DNA from: Euprymna scolopes
Taxonomy: Eukaryota
NCBI GenBank assembly: GCA_053919585.1
Contig: CM132802.1
Reading direction: 5' to 3' (one strand)
DNA: 64,000 bases
Shown: positions 12,451 to 26,400 of the stretch, one piece after another
Numbering within the stretch: position 1 is the stretch's first letter
How the letters are laid out: the number at the start of each line of letters is the position of its first letter
Made by a program: the position numbers and the translations under genes
Notes under the pieces: model-generated
Database searches by the model: none
Told to the model about the DNA's origin: nothing
Seen by the model: the letters and a program-made list of their open reading frames with translations, nothing else

Positions 12451-13426
12451 GCAATAGGGATAAAAGCTTAAACTAATTAATCGAATATTTTTAATTTTAG
12501 AATAAACTTGCATGTGATATGTTATGTTCTCAACTTTAAATTATGAGCTAAAACGTTAGAGAATTATTTAGTTGCCCTGATATTAATAAGCGCTTACACA
12601 TATGCTTTCAATATTAATTAATAAATATACTCCAAATTGTTATTTTCCTGCGGTATTTTAAACTGTTATTTAAGCATGGGATATAGCTATAACGTAAAAC
12701 GTAAATAGCTAAAGTTTGTATACAATTTAATCAATATATAATTTACACAATTAAGTAAGCTTTCCAGTATGTCCTTCTATTCCTGAAATATAGGTGTTTA
12801 CCTTTAACATATTTCCAGTAAAAAATTATTTAACCTATATCAATCATTTTCTTATGACGATCAATGTTAAGTGTAAACCGAATATACGGTCTTTCCTGTT
12901 TGTATTGCTATATAAATATTGTTTTAAAATGTGCTATTTTGAAACTTGCATGCCCAACCTGAGACTTTAGACGTTAACCCGATTATGTAATTCATATGTA
13001 CTGATGTATAATATTTTTTAATAGTTTAAACTGATTTCATTGTAGTAGATATTTTTAATTAGATAAAAATGTTTTCTAGAATCTACAATTGCAAGACAGA
13101 ATTTGTTTGTTGATTAATGAATACCCTTGGAATATATAGTTCTCCACTTACGACGTTGAAATAATCTCTTACGTCTTTACTGCCTTGTGTGATACTCAAT
13201 ATAATGTGCCATGTGCATAGTTTAGATACCTCCCTTACTTCTGTGACAGTTATGGAAACTTTATTTTTGTTTAAAAATCAAAGAAATAGCCCAACATGAC
13301 AAATAGAAGGGCCTATACAATGTGTACATTTTTAAGAATTGGTTACTTTTACTCAGGAGATTGTTCGCTCAGAAGATAAGAATTCCTTTTTTTGTCCAAA
13401 GTAAATACACTCCTATTCCTGTGATA

Positions 13427-13504
13427 TTAAATCCGTGCAAAAGTAATGCGATTTTTTGACTTAATGTCAAACTTCAAAAAACGACGTTTTTTACACCATA
13501 CTAT
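13427..13504. mobile_element. ~80-bp MADE1-like mariner MITE (two TIRs back to back), degenerate
   Basis: TA|TTAAATCCGTGCAAAAGTAATGCGATTTTTTG resembles the Hsmar1-type TIR TTAGGTTGGTGCAAAAGTAATTGCGGTTTTTG. An imperfect inverted copy CAAAAAACGACGTTTTTTACACCATACTA follows. Confidence 0.5.
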
Positions 13505-14409
13505 TAGAATATATTTTTTTTGTCAGAAACGTTACAGCAATATGTATTTTTATAATAATCATATTTACGTTTGTATGACACGACACAGTTAAAAATAAAG
13601 AATGTTAGTAATTTCAGGTATAGAACTCTATTATTCAAAACTGTTTATATATAACTATTTTATATTTTATTATATTCAGGAAAACATTATCATTGTAGTA
13701 GAATTATGAAGTGAATAATGTTTAGGTGCATTTCATTGCAAATCATTGACGTTTTTGATATTTCAAAACGTAATTATGGAACTAATGTATAGTAATTGCA
13801 TCTAATTACCATAACCTAACTGTTTTTGTAGGGTTTGTGCCATTTATATCTTACCTTAATGTATGTCCTAGCATCGTTTCTGCAAGTATAACCGGATAAT
13901 TAAGCACTGTCCAAAACAGCTTAGGAAATAGTTTTCGAAAAAGAAACAAAACATATGTTCGAGAGGATAAAATTATTTTAACTGAAGTTATGCTATTGTA
14001 TGATCAATAGAATCAAGAAGAATGTTTTCACTCGTTATAAATGTTTTAAATTTGCTATTGACTTGGTTGATATCGGGAGTGAACATCAGTCATTTCCTGC
14101 AAAGATTACGGATGATAAATTATGGATAAACATTATGTTAGTGTGCACTTTTTCATGAAAAAAAACATAATGTATGTCCATATGACATCTCGCTAGATTG
14201 GAGGGACACACGGTTAAATGAATATACGCCATACGTTATTTGGCTGCCGTAACCCAATCAATCAACAACATTTTTCTAACCATTGAATATTAAACCGAAT
14301 AGAGTGTTTAATCATACGGTGATAACTAAAAATATTTGTAATAATAGTATTTATAGATTTATAACATATAAAGGGCCGTGGGCTCCTAAATCACAAGTGC
14401 AAGGTTGAT

Positions 14410-17400
14410 AAGGAGACCAGCATCAGAGGAAGGTGTATTGAGAGACCAGCATAAGAGTTGGATTAATTGAGAGATCAGCATAAGAAACAGGTAGATTGAA
14501 AGACCGGTAGAAGAGTTAGGTGTATTGCGAGACCAGCATAAGAGGTAGTTATATTTAGAGACTGGCATACGCGTTAGGTTACTTGATAGACCAGCATGGG
14601 TTTGGTAGATTGAGAGATCAGCATAAGAGTTAGGTAGATTGAGATACCAGCATAAGAGTTAAGTAGATTGAGAGACCAGCAAAAGAGTTGGGTTGATCAA
14701 GAGATCAGCACAAGAGTTGGGTTGATTGAGAGATCAGCAAAAGAGTTTGGTACATCGAGAGACCAGCATAAGAGTTTAGTAGATTGAGAGACCAGCAGAA
14801 GAGTTTGGATGATTGAGAGATCAGCATAAGAGTTTGGTAGATTGAGAGACCAGCATAAGAGTTAGGTAGATTGAGAGCTCAGCATAATAGTTTGGTGGAT
14901 TGAGAGATCAGCATAAGAGTGGGATTGATTGAGAAATCAGCATTAGAGTTTGGTAGATTGAGAGACCAGTATAAGAGTTGGTTTGATTGAGAGATCAGGA
15001 TAAGAGTTTGGTTGATTGAGAGATCAGCACAAGATTTGGGTTGATTGAGAGATCAGCATAGGAGTTTGGTAGATTGAGAGACCAGCATAAGAGTTAGGTA
15101 GATTGAGAGATCAGCATAAGAGTTGGGTTGATTGAGAGATCAGCATAAAAGTTTGGTAGATTGAGAGACCAGCAAAAGAGTTTAGTTGTTTAAGAGATCA
15201 GCATAAGAATTTGGTAGATTGAGAGACCAGCATAAGAGTTTGGTAGATTGGGAGACAAGCATAAGAGTTTGGTTGATTGAGAGATCAGCACAAGAGTTGT
15301 GTTGATTGAAAGATTAGCATAACAGTTGGGTTGATTGATAGATCAGCATTAGAGTTTGGTAGATTGAGATATCAGCATAAGAGTTGGGTTGATTGAGAGA
15401 TCAGCATAAGAGTTTGGTAGATTGAGAGATAAACATAAGAGTTGGGTTGATTAAGAGGCCAGCATAATAGTTTGGTAGATTGAGAAACGAGCATAAAAGT
15501 TTGGTAGATTGTGAGACGAGCATAAGAGTTTGGTTGATTGTCATACCAGCATAAGAGTTTTGTAGATTGAAAGACCAGCATAAGAGGTCGGTAGATTGAG
15601 AGATCAGCAAGAGAGTTTGGTAGATTGAGCGATCAGCATAAGAGTTGGGTTGATTAAGAGACCAGCATAAGAGTTTGGTAGATTGAGAGACCAGCATAAG
15701 AGTTTGGTGGATTAAGAGACGAACATAAGAGTTGGGTTGATTTAGATACCAGCATAAGAGTTTGGTAGATTGAGAGATCAGCATAAAAGTTTGGTAGATT
15801 GAGAGATCAGCATAAGAGTTCGGTTGATTGAGAGATACGCATAAGAGTTTGGTAGATTGAGAGACTAGCATTAGAGTTAGGAAGATTGAGGGATCAGCAT
15901 GAGAGTTTTGTAGATAGAGAGACCAGCATAAGATTTGGGTTGATTGAGAGATCAGCATAAGAGTTTGGTTGATGGAGAGATCAGCATAAGACTTGGGTAG
16001 ATTGAGAGACCAGCATAAGAGTTTGGTAGATTGAGAGACAAGCAAAAGAGTTTGGTAGATTGAGAGACCAGCATAAGAGTTTGGTAAATTAAGAGGTCAG
16101 CATAAGAGTTTGGTAGATTTAGAGACCAGCATCAGAGTTAGATAGATTGAGATATCAGCATAAGAGATGGGTTGATTGAGAGATACGCGTAAGGGTTATG
16201 TAGATTTAGTGACCAGCATAAGTGTTTGGTAGATGGAGAGGTCAGCATAAGAGTTTGGTTGATTGAGAGATCTGCATAAGAGTTGGGTTGATTGGGAGAT
16301 AAGACTAAATGTTTGGTAGAGTGAGAGACCAACATAAGAGTTGGGTTTATTGAGAGATCAGCAGAAGAGTTAGGCTAATTGAGAGATCAGCATGAGGCCT
16401 AGGTAGATTGAGAGGTCAGCATAACTGTTTGGTAGCTTGAGAGACCAGCATAAGAGTTTGGTAGATGGGAGACCAGCATATGATTTTGGTTGATTGAGAG
16501 ATAAGCATGAGAGTTTGGTAGATTGACAGACCAGCACAACATTTGGGTTGATTAAGAAATCAGCATTAGAGTTGGGTTGATTGAGATACCAGTATAAGAG
16601 TTAAGTAGATTGAGAGATCAGCAAAAGAGTTGGGCTGATTGAGAGATCAGCATAAGAGTTTGATAGATTGAGGGATCAGCATAAGAGTTTTGTAGATTGA
16701 GAGACCAGCAGAAGAGTTCGGTAGATGAAGAGATCAACATTAGACTTGGGTTGATTGAGAGATCAGTATAAGACTTGGGTAGATTGAGAGATTAGCATAA
16801 GAGGTTGGTAAATTTAGAGACCAGCTTAAGAGTTTGGTAGATAGAGAGGCCAGCATAAGTGTTGGGTTGATTGAGAGATCAGCAAAAGAGTTGGGTTGAT
16901 TGAGAAATCAGCATAAGAGTTTGGCAGATTGAGAGACAAACACAGGAGTTGGGTAGATTAAGAGACCAGTATAAGAGTAGGCAGAAGGGTTTGATTGATT
17001 GAGAGATCAGCAGAAGGGTTGAGTAGATTCAGAGACCAGCATAAGAGTTTGGTAGATTGAGAGACCAGCATAAGAGTTTGGTAGATTGAGAGACCAGCAT
17101 AATAGTTTGGTAGACTTAGAGATCAGCATAAGATTTTGATAGATTGAGAGATAAGCAGAAGAATTTGGTAGATTAAGAGATCAGCATAAGAGTTGGGTTG
17201 ATTGAGAGACCAGCACAGGGGTTTGTTGATTGAGAGATCAGCATAAGAGTTTGGTAGATTGAGAGACGAGCATAAGAGTTTTGTAGATGGAGAGACCAGC
17301 ATAAGAGTAAGGAAGATTGAGAGATTAGCATAAGAGTTTGGTAGATTGAGCGACTAGATTAAGAGTTGTATTGATTGGGAGATCAGCATAAGATTTACGT

Positions 17401-20400
17401 CAATTGAGAGATCAGCATAAGAGTTTGATTAATTGAGAGACGAGCATTAGTGTTTGGTACATCGAGAGATCAGCATAAGAGTTTTGTAGATTGATAGACC
17501 AGCATAAGAGTTAGGTAGATTGAGAGATCAACATAAGAGTTTGGTTGATTGAGAGATCAGAATATGACTTGGGTAGTTTGAGAGATCAACACAAGAGTTT
17601 TGAAGATTGAGAGACAACCAAAAGATTTTGGAAGATTGAGGGACCAGCATAAGAGGTTGTAGATTGAGAGACGGGCATAAGGGTTGGGTGTATTGTGAGA
17701 TCAGCATAAAAGTTTGGTTGATTGAGAGACCAGCATAAGAGTTAGGAAGATTGAGAGACCAGCATAAGAGTTGGGTTGATTGAGAGACCAGCATAAGAGT
17801 TGGGTTGATTGAGAGATCAGCATAAGTGTTTAGTAGATTGAGAGACCAGCATAAGAGTTGGGTTGATTGAGAGACCAGCATAAGAGTTGGGTTGATTGAG
17901 AGATCAGCATAAGAGTTTAGTAGATAAAGAGACAAGCATAAGAGTTGGGTAATTGAAAGATCAGCAGAGGAGTTAGGTCAATTGAGAGATCAGTATAGGA
18001 GTTAGGTAGATTGAGAGACCAGCATTAGTGTTTTGTAGATTTAGAGACCAGCATAAGAGTAAGGTAGATGGAGAGATCAGCATAAGACTTTTGTTGATTG
18101 AGACATTAGAATAAGACTTGGGTAGATGTAGAGATCAGCATAAGAGTTTGGTAGATTGAGAGACAAGCAAAAGAGTTTTGTAGATTGAGAGACCAGCATA
18201 AGAGCTAGGAAGATTGAGAGTTCAGCATAAGATTTTGGTAGATGTAGAGACACGCAAAAAGTCTTGTAGATTGAGAGATCAGCATAATAGTTGAGTAGAT
18301 TGAGAGACCATCATAGGAGTTGGAATGATTGAGATACAAGTAAAAGAGTTAGGTAAGCTGAGAGACCAGCATAAGACTTGGGTTGATTGAGAGACCAGCA
18401 TAAGAGTTTGGTAGATTTAGAGACCACATAAGGTTTTGATTGATTGAGAGATCAGCAGAAGAGTTGGGTAGATTGCGAGACCAGCATGAGAGTTTGGTAG
18501 ATTGAGAGACCAGCATAAGAGTTCGGTTGATTGAGAGACCAGCAAAAGAGTTAGGTTAATTTAGAGATAAGCATCCGGCCTGGGTAGAGTTAGAGATCAG
18601 CGTAAGAGTTAGGTTGCTTGAGAGACCAGCATAAGAGTTTGGTAGATGATAGACCAGCATAAGATTGAGGTTGATTGAGAGATCAGCATTAGATTTGGGG
18701 TGATTGAGAGACCAGTATAAGTGTTAGGTAGATTGAGTCAGCATAAGAGTTGGGTTTATTGAGAGATCAGCATAAGAGTGTGATAGAGTGAGGGATAAGC
18801 ATAGGAGTTTTGTAGATTGAGAGACCACCAGTTAGGTAGATAAAGAGATCAACAAAAGACTTGGGTTGATTGAGAGATGAGCATAAGACTTGGGTAGATT
18901 GAGAGATCAACATAAGAGTTTGGTAGATTGAGAGACCAGCACAGGAGTATGGTACATTGAGAGACCAGTATAAGAGTTAGGTAGATTGAGAGACCAGCAT
19001 AAGAGTTGGGTAGAGTGAGAGACAATCACAGGAGTTGGGATGATTGAGAGACCAGTAAAAGAGTTAGGTAGATTGAGAGACCAGCATTAGAGTTGGGTTG
19101 ATTGAGAGACCAGCATAAGAGTTTGGTAGATTGAGAGACCAGCAGACGTGTTGGGTTGATTGAGAGACCAACAGAAGATTTAGGTAGATAAAGAGGTAAG
19201 ACTAAGAGTTTGGTAGATTGACATACCAGCATAAGATTTGGGTTGATTGAGAGATCAGCATAAGTGTTGGGTTGATTGAGAGACAAGTATAAGAGTTAGG
19301 TAGATTGCAGAGATTAGGATAAGAGTTGGGTTGATTGAGAGATCAGCGCAGGAGTTGAGTTGATTGAGAGACCAGCATAAGAGTTTGGTAGATGGAGAGA
19401 ACAGCACAAGAGTTTGATAGATGGAGAGACCAGCATAAGAGTTGGGTTGATTGACAGATTAGCGAAAGAGTTTGGTAGATTGAGAGACCAGCATAAAAGT
19501 TAAGAAAATTGAGAGATCAGCTAAAGAGTTGGGTTGATTGAGAGACCAGCATAAATGTTGTGTTGATTTAGAGATCAGCATAAGAGTTTGGTAGATTGAG
19601 AGACCAGCACAAGAGTTTGGTAGATTGAGAGATCAGCATAAGAGTTCGGTAGATTGAGAGACTAGCATAAGAGTTGGGTTGATTGAGAGATCAGCATAAG
19701 AGTTGGGTTGATAGAGAGATCATCACAGGAGTTTGGTAGATTGAGAGATAAGCATAAGAGTTGGGTTTTATGAGAGACCAGCATAAGTGTCGGGTTGATT
19801 GAGAAACCAGAATAAGAATTTGTAGATTGAGAGATCAGCATAAGGGTTTGGTAGATTGAGGGACCAGCATTATTTTGATAGATTGAGAGACCAGCGTAAG
19901 AGTTTGAATGATTGAGAGATCAGCATGAGGGTTAGGTTGATTGAGAGATCAGCATAAGAGTTGGGTAGATTGAGAGACAGACCAGCATAACATGTTGGTA
20001 GTTTGAGAGACCAGCATAAGAGTTTGGTAGATTGAGAGACCAGCATTAGAGTTGAGTAGATATAGAGACCAGTATAAGAGTTGGGTTGATTGAGACATCA
20101 GCATAAGTGTTACGTAAATTGAGAGATCAGCATAAGTGTTTAGTAACTTGAGAGACCACCAGAAGGGTGTTGTAGATTGAGAGATCAGCATAAGCGTTTG
20201 GAAGAGAGAAAGATCAACATAAGAGTTTGGTTGATTGAGAGATCAGAGTAAGATTTAGGTAGATTGAGAGATAAGCAAAGGATTAGGTTGATTGAGAGAC
20301 CAGCATAAGTGTTTGGTAGATGGCGAGACCAACATGAGTGTTAGGTAGATTGAGAGATAAACATAAGGGTTAGGTAGATTGAAGGATCAGCATAAAAGTT

Positions 20401-23400
20401 TGTTTGATTGAGAGATCAGCATAAGAGTTGGCTAGATTGAGAGACCAGCATAAGAGTTTGGTAGATAAGGAGACCAGCATAAGAGTTTGGTAGATTGAGA
20501 GATCAGCACAAGAGTAGGGTCGATTGAGAGACCAGCATAAGAGTTAGGTATATTGAGAGACAAGCATCAGAGGTTTGTTGATTGAGATACCAGCATAAAG
20601 TTAAGTTGATTGAGAGATACTCATAAGTGTTTAGTTTGTAAATAGACCATCATAAGAATTTTGTAGAGGGAGAGATCAGCATATGAGTTTGGTGGATTGA
20701 GAGACAAGCATAAGATTTCGGTAGATTGAGGGATCAATATAATAGTTAGGTCGATTGAGAGATCAGCATGAGACTTTGGTTAATTAAGAGACCAGCATAA
20801 GAGTTGGGTGGATTGAGAGATCAGCATTCGCGTTGGGTAGATTGAGAGACCAGCATAAGAGTTTGGTTAAATGAGAAACCAGCATAATATTTGGTTGACT
20901 GAGAGATTCGCATAAGAGTCAGGTAGATTTAGTTACCAGCATAACTGTTTGGTAGATGGAGAGATCAGCATAAGAGTTTGGTAGATTGAGAGACCAGCAT
21001 AAAAGTAGGGTTTATTGAGAGATAAGCAGAAGAGTTAGGTTAATTAAGAGATCAGCATAAGTTTAGGGTTGATTGAGAGATCAGCATAAGAGTTTGGAAG
21101 ATTGAGAGACCAACACAAGAGTTTGGTGGATTGAGATACCAGCATAAGGTAAAAGTGGATTGAGAGATAAGCATAATGTCTAATAGATTGACAGACCAGG
21201 ATAAGAGTTTGGTTGATTGAAATATCAGCATAAGAGTTGGGTTTATTGAGAGACCAGCGTAGGAGTTTGGTAGATTTAAAGATCAGCATAAGAGTTGGGT
21301 TGATTGAGAAATCAACATAACAGTTTGGTAGATTGAGAGACCAGCAAAAAGTTTCGTAGATGTAGAGACCAGCTTAAGAGTTTGGTGGAGTTTTAGACCA
21401 GCATAAGAGTTGCGTTGATTGGGAGATCAGAATAAGGGTTTGATTGAGTGAGAGACCAGCATAAGGGTAAGGTAGATTGAGAGATCAGCACAAGAGTTGG
21501 GTTGACTGATAGATCAGCATAAGAGTTTGGTAGATTGAGAGACCAGCATAAGAGTTAGGTATATTGAGAGACAAGCATACTGGTTTGGTTGATTGAGAGA
21601 CCAGCATAAGACTTAAGTTGATTGAGAGATACACATAAGAGTTTAGTTTATAAAAAGACCAGCATAGGTATTTGGTAGATTGAGAGATCAGCATATGAGT
21701 TTAGTAGATTGAGAGACTAGTACAGGAGTTTGGAAGATTGAGAGACCAGCATAAGAGTTTGGTAGATTGAGAGATCACCATAAGATTTTGGTAGATTGAG
21801 AGACCAGCAGAAGAGTTTGGTAGATTGAGAGATCAGCATAAGAGTTGGGTTGATTTAGAGACCAGCACCGGAGTTGTGTTGATTGAGTGATCAGCATAAG
21901 AGTTGGGTTGATTTAGATACCAGCATAAGTGTAAGGAAGATTGAGAGATCAACAGAACATGGGTTGATTGAGAGACAAGAATAAATGTTGGGTTGATTGA
22001 AAGATCAGCACAAGAGTTGGGTAGATAGAGAGATCAGCATAAGAGTTTGGTAGATTGAGAGACAAGCATAAGCGTCTGGTTGATTTATAGATCAGAATAA
22101 TGGTGTAGTAGATTGAGAGACCAGGAACAGAGTATGGTTGTTTGAGAGATCAGCATAAATATTACGTCAAATGAGAGATAAGCATAAGAGTTTGGGAGAT
22201 TGAGAGACGAGAAGAAGAGTTTGGTAGATTTAGATATCAGCATAAGAGTTTGGTAGATTGAGAGACCAGCATAAGAGTTAGGAAGATTGAGAGATAAACA
22301 TAAGAGTTTGGTTGATTAAGAGATCGGCATAAGACTTGGGTGGATTTTAAAATCATCATAAGAGTTTGGTAAATTAAGAGACCAGCATTAGAGTTTGGTC
22401 GATTGAGAGACCAACACAAGACTTTGGTTTATTAAGAGATCAGCATAAGAGTAAAGTTGATTGAGAGATCAGCATAAGAGTTTTGTAGATTGAGAGACCA
22501 GCATAAGAGATAGGAACATTGAGAGATCAGCATAAGCGTTTTGTAGATAGAGAGACAGCGATAAGAGTCGGGTGGATTGAGAGATACACATAAAGGTCTG
22601 TAGATTTAGAGACCAGTATAAGAGTGTGGTAGATGGAGAGATAAGCATAAGAGTTTGGTAGATTGAGAGACCAGCTTCAGAGTTAGGTAAATTGAAAGAT
22701 CAGCAGAAAAGTTGTGTAGATTAGGAGACCAGCACAAGAGTTTGGGAGATTGAGAGATCCACATAAGTGTTTGGTAGATTGAGAGACCAGCATAAGAGTT
22801 AGGTAGATTGAGAGCTCAGTATAAGAGTTCGGAAGATTGAGTGATCAACATAAGAGTTTTAGATTGAGAGACCAGCATAAGAGTTTTCTATACTGTGTGA
22901 CCAGCATAAGAGTTTAGTAGATTGAGAGATCAGCATAAGGGTTAGGTTGACTGAAAGATCAGCATGAGAGTTTTGTAGATTGAGAGACCAGTATAAGAGT
23001 TTGGTAGATTGAGAGACAAGCATAAGAGATTGGTAGATTGAGAGACCAGCACAAGAGTTTGGTAGATTGAGAGATCAGCACAATGAGTTAGGTCGATTGA
23101 GAGATCAGCACAAGAGTTTGGTCGATTGAGAGACCATCATAAGATTTGGTAGATTGAGAGATCAGCATAAGAGTTGGGTGTATTGAGAGATCAGCATAAG
23201 AGTTTGGTAGATTGAGAGACCAGCATAAGAGTTTTGTAGATTGACAGACCAGCATAAGAGTTTTGTTGATTGAGAGACCAGCAAAAGAGTTTGGTAGATG
23301 TAGAGATCAGCATAAGAGTTTAGTTGATTGACCGACATGCACAGCAGTTTTGTAGATTTAGAGATCAGCATAAGTTTTTGGTAGATTGAGAGATCAGCAA

Positions 23401-26400
23401 AAGAGTTCGGTTGATTGAGAGACAAGCAAAAGAGTCAGGAAGATTGAGAGATCAACATAAGATTTTTGTAGATTGAGAGACAAGCATAAGAGTTGGGTTT
23501 ATTGAAAGATCAGCACAAGAGTTGGGTTGGTTTAGAGATCAGCACAAGAGTTTTGTAGATTGAGAGACCAGCAGAGGAGTAGGGTTGATTAAGTGATCAG
23601 CATAAATGTTACGTCAATTGAGAGATCAGCACAGGAGTTTGGTAGATTGAGAGACCAGCAGAAGAGTTTGGTAGAGTAAGAGATCAGCATAAGAGTTTGG
23701 TAGATTGAGAGACCAGCATAAGATTTAGTAAGAGTAAGAGATAAACATAAGACTTTTGTTGATTGACGATCAGCATAAGACAAGGGTAGATTGAGAGATC
23801 AGCATAAGAGTTTGGTAGATTGAGAGACCAGCATAGATTTTTGTTGATTGAGATACCAGCATAAGTGTTAGGTAGATTGAGAGATAAACATAAGAGAAAG
23901 GTAGATTGGGAGATCAGCATAAGAGTTGGGTGGATTGAGAGATCAGCATAAGATTTTGGTAGATTGAGAGATCAGCACAAGAGTTGCGTTGATTGAGAGA
24001 TCAGCATAAGATTTTGGTAGATTGAGAGACCAGCATAAGTGTTAGGTCGATTGAGAGACAGACCAGCATAAGAGTTTTGTGGATTGAGAGACAAGCATAA
24101 GAGTAGGGTTGATTGAGACATACGAGAAAGAGTGACGTAGATTGTGAGACCAGCTTAAGAGTGTGGTAGATAGAGGGATCAGCATGAGAGTTTGGGAGAT
24201 TGAGAGATCAGCAGAAGTGTTTGGTAGATAGAGAGAGATCAGCACAAGAGTAAGGTAGATGGAGTGGACACCACAAGAGTTGTGTTGATTTAGAGATCAG
24301 CATAAGGGTTTGGAAGACTTAGAGATCAGCATAAGAGTTTGGTAGATTAAGAGACCAGCAAAAAGTTTAGTAGATTAAGAGATAAGCATACGACTTTAGT
24401 TGATGTAGAGATAAGCATAAGATGTTGGTAGATTCAGAGAGCAGCATAAGAGTTTTGTTGATTGAGAGACCAGCATAAGATTTAGGTTGATTGAGAGATC
24501 AGCACAGGTGGGTTGATTGAGAGACAAGCATAAGTGTTAGGTAGATTTAGAGATCAGCATAAGAGTTGGGTTGATTGAGAGATCAGCATAAGAGTCTGGT
24601 TGATTGAGAGACCAGCATAAGAATAAGGTAGATTAGGAGATCTACATGAGTTGTGTTTATTGAGAGATCAGCAAAAGAGTTTGGTTGATTGAGAGACCAG
24701 CACAAGAGTTTAATAGATTTAGAGACCAGCATAAGAGTTGGGTAGATTGAGATACGAGCATAAATGTTGGGTTGATTGAGAGATCAGCGGACGAGTTTTG
24801 TAGATTGAGATACCAGCATAAGAGTCTGGTAGATTGAGAGATCGACATAAGAGTTGGGTAGATGGAGAGACCACCTTAAAAGTTGGGTTGATATAGAAAT
24901 CAGCAGAAGAATTAGGTTAATTAAGATATCACCATAAGGATTTGGTAGATTGAGAGATAAGCATAAGAGTTGGTTTGATTGAGAGATCAGCTAAAGCGTT
25001 TGGTAGATTGAGAGATCAGCATAAGAGTTAGGTTTATTGAGGGGCAAGCATAAGAGTTTGTCGATGTAGAGATAAGCATAAGGGTTTGGTTGATTGAGAG
25101 ACAAGCATAAGAGTCTGGTAGATTGAGGGACCAGCATTAGAGGTGGGTAGATTGAGAGATCAGCGTAAGAGTTTTGTAGATTGAGAGACCGGCATAAGAG
25201 TTTGGTAGATTTAGAGACAAGCATAAGAGTTTGGTAGATTGAGCGACGAGCATAAGAGTTTAGTAGATTGAGAGACCAGCATAAGAGTTGGGTAGATTGA
25301 GAGATTAGCATAAAAGTTAGGTAGATTGATAGATTATCATAAGAGTTTGGTAGATTGGGAGACCAGCAAAGGATTTTGGTCGATGGCGAGACCAGCATAA
25401 GTGTTTAGTAGATTGAGAGACCAGCATAAGAGATTTGTAGATTGAGAGACAAGCATAAAAGTTTTGTAGATTGAGAGATCAGCATAAGAGTTGGGTTGAT
25501 TGAGAGACCAGCATAATAGTTTTGTAGATTAAGAGATAAGCATAAGTTTTTGGAAGATTGAGAGACCAGCACAAGAGTTTGGTTGATTGAGGGACTAGCG
25601 TAGGAGTTACGAAGATTCAGAGACCAGCATAAGAGTTTTGTGGATAGAGAGACCATTACAAGGGGTGGGTTGATTGAAAGATCAGAACAAGGGTTTGCAT
25701 GATTGTGAGATCAGCAAAAGAGTTTGGTAGATTGAGAGACAAGCATAAGGGTTTGGTAGATTGAGCGATCAGCATAAGATGTTGGTAGATTGAGAGACCA
25801 GCATAGGATTTGGAAGATTTAGAGATCAGCATAAGAGTTAGGAAGATTGAGATATCAGCATAAGAGTTTGGTAGATTTTGAGATCAGCATAACAGTTGGG
25901 TTGATTAGGAGATCAGCATAAGAGTTGAGTTTATTGAAAGATCAGCATAAGAGTAAGGAAGATTTAGAGATAAGCACAGGAGTTAGTTAGCTTGAGAGAT
26001 CAGCATAATTGTTGGGTTGATTGAGAGATCAGCATAAGAGTTTGGTTGATTGAGAGACATACATGAGAGTCTGGTAGATTGAGAGACCAGCATAAGAGTT
26101 TGGGTGATTGAGAGATTAGCATATGAATTGAGTTGATTGAGAGATAGATCAGCATAAGAGTTTAGTAGTTTGAGAGCCCTGCATAAAGTTGTGTAGATTG
26201 AGGTACCAGCATAAAATTTAGGAAGATTGAAGGATAAGTATAAGAGTTTGGTAGATTGACAGACAAGCATAAGAGTTGGGTAGATTGAGAGACCAGCATA
26301 AGAGTTTGCTTGATCGAGTAGCCAGCATAAGAGTGTGATAGATTGAAGGACCAGCATAAGAGTTTGGTAGATTGAGAGATCAGCATAAGATTTTGGTTGA

